A stretch of 61,484 bases of DNA, filler included, from Bdellovibrionota bacterium (GTDB taxonomy: Bacteria > Bdellovibrionota > Bdellovibrionia > Bdellovibrionales > JAEYZS01): NCBI GenBank assembly GCA_963169515.1. It is 6 parts of 6 records of this genome, joined end to end, with 100 filler letters (N's around TTAATTAATTAA, not from the genome) between each part and the next. Parts side by side here need not be neighbours in the genome. Positions count along the whole stretch, not along the records: positions 55,741 to 61,484 come from CAUJEF010000126.1; 5 more parts are not named here. One strand, 5' to 3'. The notes under the pieces were generated by a model. That model saw only the letters and a list, made by a program, of their open reading frames with translations. It was not told the origin of the DNA and made no database searches. Both the position numbers and the translations under genes were made by a program. Below, in pieces: positions 58,464-61,484 of the stretch (positions are counted from its first letter, which is position 1; every line of letters begins with the position of its first letter).

Positions 58464-59696
58464 CTATGTTTTCTGTGCCTTGGCCCAGTCCAGGGCTTGA
58501 TTGATGTCACGCAGCTTTTTTTCAAGCTGCAAATAGTAGGCTTCTTGCAACAACTCTTTGTACTTTGGTCCAGGTTCGATTTTCAGCCGTATCAAATGCT
58601 CTCCGGTCAAAATCGGTTTTGGCAATTGAATCCATTCCTTCTTTAACCCGACCGCATAGCTGTAGCTACCAAGGTCCTTATTTTCAAGCTGCTGTATCGT
58701 TTTGTATAGCTCCAGGCCACGTTCTGTATAGCTGGTGTAAAGGTGGCCCAACGCAATCCCCCTCCGAACTTTACTTATCTCTAACATAAAGTCATAAAAT
58801 TTTAATAATCCAAAAACCTCTGTTTCAAGTTGGTTCGAAAATTTGAATTTCCTAAAAAACGTATGAAGTTCTTCACTTCTGGGGCCTAGTTCATTGAAGG
58901 AATAGAAAAACAAATATGCCCACTGCGTTGCCAAATCCCCAGCGTGTTCCAACAATTTTAAAGTTTTCCCCCAATTTGTCGCAATGGGGAGTGCTCCAAA
59001 AATTTCTGTAAGCAATCCTAATTCTTTCAATAACTCAAAACCCATTGCCCGCCGATTCATTTCTAAAATTTTATTAATTTCATTTTGAATCCTCTCGACA
59101 GAGACCTGGTGCAAAGTGTTTTTATACTTTTTGATGGCTGCCATTGTCGGTGGATCAATTTGGAAATTAAGTTGTGTCGCAAATCGCACAGCACGGAGCA
59201 TTCTAAGTTTGTCTTCGGAAAAGCGCTTTTCAGGATCTCCCACAGCTCGCAAAAGTTGTTTGGAAAGATCTTGCTTTCCATTTACGAAATCATGAATCCG
59301 ATCCGCCACGGGATCATAGAAAAGTGCATTAATTGTAAAGTCTCTGCGTTCTGCGTCTTCCTTGGGTGTTGAAAAAACAATACGGGAAGGATGCCGTCCA
59401 TCAAGATACTCGCCATCAGATCGAAATGTTGCAATTTCTATTTGAAAGCCATCGAAGGGAACAATAATCACACCAAATTGCTTCCCTACATCCAGGCCAT
59501 TAGGGAATAGGCCCAAAACAATGTCAGGTTTTGCGTCCGTCACGATGTCGAAATCTTTCGGTTGAACTTTTAAGAGAAAATCCCTGACACATCCGCCAGC
59601 GAGCCAAGCCACATAGCCGTTTTGGCTTAAAACATCAATGATTCCTTGAACCGCCGACCAATGAGGATGATTTTTCACCAAATCCATAATATACAT
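58464..59696 (-). CDS. cca: tRNA nucleotidyltransferase (CCA-adding type)
   Basis: GGCVRD, DFDI, EIATFR, RRDFTINAL, EDKLRMLRAVRF. Confidence 0.9.
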   Translation of the reverse strand: MYIMDLVKNHPHWSAVQGIIDVLSQNGYVAWLAGGCVRDFLLKVQPKDFDIVTDAKPDIVLGLFPNGLDVGKQFGVIIVPFDGFQIEIATFRSDGEYLDGRHPSRIVFSTPKEDAERRDFTINALFYDPVADRIHDFVNGKQDLSKQLLRAVGDPEKRFSEDKLRMLRAVRFATQLNFQIDPPTMAAIKKYKNTLHQVSVERIQNEINKILEMNRRAMGFELLKELGLLTEIFGALPIATNWGKTLKLLEHAGDLATQWAYLFFYSFNELGPRSEELHTFFRKFKFSNQLETEVFGLLKFYDFMLEISKVRRGIALGHLYTSYTERGLELYKTIQQLENKDLGSYSYAVGLKKEWIQLPKPILTGEHLIRLKIEPGPKYKELLQEAYYLQLEKKLRDINQALDWAKAQKT

Positions 59697-59704
59697 TTAT
59701 CATT

Positions 59705-60709
59705 ATGGTATCAGATTTAAAAGAAATCATTGAAACAGCCGGATTTGATCACTACGGTTGGGCCCGCTTAGAAAGACCCAGAACTTTAGAGTATTACAAA
59801 ACCTGGATTTCAAAAGGTATGCATGGGGACATGGAATACCTGGACCGGCATATTCCGTTGAAGGAAAATCCACAAGGTACTTTTCCAAGAGCGTCTACGG
59901 CCATTGTGTTTACAAAAAGTTATACAGAACTTCCGCCCAAAGACCTCCCACTTGATAATGTTCAGATCGCAATGTATGCCCAAGGCCAAGATTATCACAT
60001 TTGGTTTCAGCAGCAGCTGGACAGTTTATGTGCGAAGCTAAAAACAAAATATCCCGACCACGACTTTGTTGCATTTACTGATTCAAAGCCGGTCATGGAA
60101 CGCGATCTGGCTTATCGCGCAGGGCTGGGCTGGATCGGGAAAAACACCTGCCTGATCAACGAAAAACGTGGCAGTTTGTTTTTTATCGGCGAAATTTACA
60201 CATCGTTATCAATTGAGGCCACAATGGACATTGCGCCAGATCGCTGTGGAACATGTACCCGATGCATCGATGTTTGCCCAACTCAAGCCCTGACCCCACG
60301 AGTTTTGAATGCAACGAAATGTATTTCCTATTGGACGATTGAAGCAAAAACCATCCCACCGGAGTCGCTAAGAAAAAAATTTGATGGCTGGTATTTTGGG
60401 TGCGATATTTGCCAAACAGTTTGTCCATGGAATCAAAAAGCTTTGGGAACAAAGCTCAATCATAAAGATGTGGATAGGGCCGCCTTAGTAAATGAAATTC
60501 GAGAAATCTTAGAATCCTCAGACGCGAGTATTAAAAGACTATTCACAGGAACGCCTCTAGAGCGGGCAAAGCCATGGGCACACAAGCGGAATGCTCTAAT
60601 TTTAGTCAGCCATCATCGTCTAAACGAACTTTCTGACTCGATTCGTCCGCTGCTTGCCCACGAAAAGCTGAAGGAGCTCGCGGGTTGGGCACTTTCAACC
60701 CTAAATTGA
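59705..60709 (+). CDS. queG: Epoxyqueuosine reductase
   Basis: YAQGQDYH, AGLGWIGKN, CGTCTRCIDVCPT, CISYWTIE, GCDICQTVCPWN. Confidence 0.95.
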   Translation: MVSDLKEIIETAGFDHYGWARLERPRTLEYYKTWISKGMHGDMEYLDRHIPLKENPQGTFPRASTAIVFTKSYTELPPKDLPLDNVQIAMYAQGQDYHIWFQQQLDSLCAKLKTKYPDHDFVAFTDSKPVMERDLAYRAGLGWIGKNTCLINEKRGSLFFIGEIYTSLSIEATMDIAPDRCGTCTRCIDVCPTQALTPRVLNATKCISYWTIEAKTIPPESLRKKFDGWYFGCDICQTVCPWNQKALGTKLNHKDVDRAALVNEIREILESSDASIKRLFTGTPLERAKPWAHKRNALILVSHHRLNELSDSIRPLLAHEKLKELAGWALSTLN

Positions 60710-60806
60710 AACCAGACTTCAGTCTCGCTGACAGATAAATCCAAACACTTTACTCTGGTTACGTATTTGCCATTATTTCCTTTGTAAAATGACGAGTGTA
60801 GCTCGT

Positions 60807-60840
60807 AAAACTCGAGAGAGAAATCTCTCGAGTTTTTTTT
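60807..60840. terminator. Probably bidirectional terminator between queG and SRPBCC gene
   Basis: AAAACTCGAGAGA-GAAA-TCTCTCGAG-T8. Confidence 0.8.
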
Positions 60841-60853
60841 ATCTTAGATGTAT

Positions 60854-61306
60854 TTACTTTAAGAAATGCGCCCGAACATTTTCATGAGATTTTTTAATTA
60901 TTCTTATTAAGTCATTTCGAACAAAAAGATCATCCAACAGGGTGCCAATTATTCCCACTGGTAGAGAAAATTCTATTATACTCGTTAGCACAGTTGTGCC
61001 TTCGCCGTGCAGCTCTAACTTTGTCGTATGAAGCCATTCCTCAAAGACCCCGCTGACTTGCCGTTCAATAAATTGGTGCGGCGGTTGGTAATCCTCGATC
61101 ACATATTCCAAAGGATATTTTAAGCCAAACCGCGTGACTTGAATTTCGTAGCGAACGCCCTTTCCCATGGTTACCGCTGGGGCCAGTAGTTCTATATGCA
61201 AGTCATCCTGAGGGACGATTGCACTACGGTTATTGTAATCGCTTACATAGTTAAAAACTTGATCTAAGGGGGCCGGAATTACACTTGAATATTGAATATG
61301 ACCCAT
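60854..61306 (-). CDS. SRPBCC (START-like) protein
   Basis: I.AP.DQVF, I.DY.PPHQF.E.Q..GVF.EW.H, LP.GIIG.L.D. Confidence 0.85.
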   Translation of the reverse strand: MGHIQYSSVIPAPLDQVFNYVSDYNNRSAIVPQDDLHIELLAPAVTMGKGVRYEIQVTRFGLKYPLEYVIEDYQPPHQFIERQVSGVFEEWLHTTKLELHGEGTTVLTSIIEFSLPVGIIGTLLDDLFVRNDLIRIIKKSHENVRAHFLK

Positions 61307-61484
61307 GCTAAGCGAGACTACCCTCGCTAACGCTATAGGTCAACAGAAACGACTTTGACATTAAATGCCAAGTCATCCTAAACATTGCGCAATATGCTTA
61401 ATTTATGGCTTGTTTTACTGTCACTGTCCGTGCAGGCAAAAGTGCTTGAGGGTGATGTTGTTATTAGCAAAAGCGGCCAGTACT

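Noticed and set aside
60710..60806. Possible sRNA before the queG terminator
   Set aside because: Only a weak 5-bp hairpin (ACGAG/CTCGT) and no clear promoter; a 3' UTR explains it.

Overview
This is a bacterial draft or metagenome-assembled sequence. Six contigs are joined by artificial 100-nt N/TTAATTAATTAA/N linkers (13562, 22612, 42483, 50463, 55641), so adjacency across linkers is not real. Gene content (FNNC-type lipoprotein, CglF-like and vWA gliding-type proteins, many secreted hydrolases) suggests a Bdellovibrionota-like organism (inference). Housekeeping genes: leuS, speA, speB, pyrE (partial), AddAB-like pair, xth, ahpC, dksA, lipB (partial), cca, queG, a peptide ABC transporter and tRNA-Val(GAC). 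Accessory highlights: (1) four copies of an 88-91 bp co-varying palindromic element (GGTACGCCGTTCCCTTTCA...TGAAAGGGAACGGCGTACC) that abut or supply stop codons and bracket single genes like cassettes; (2) a three-gene unit with a highly divergent secretin-like protein and two paralogous secreted proteins, behind a toxin-antitoxin pair; (3) an operon of two glycosyltransferases, a twitch radical SAM enzyme, a nucleotidyltransferase and an HPr-kinase-like protein; (4) an M16 peptidase fused to TM helices and a PH-like domain; (5) a decaying TA islet at tRNA-Val with a frameshifted brnT; (6) many genes that appear leaderless. All family calls are by motif recognition by eye; no database search was run.
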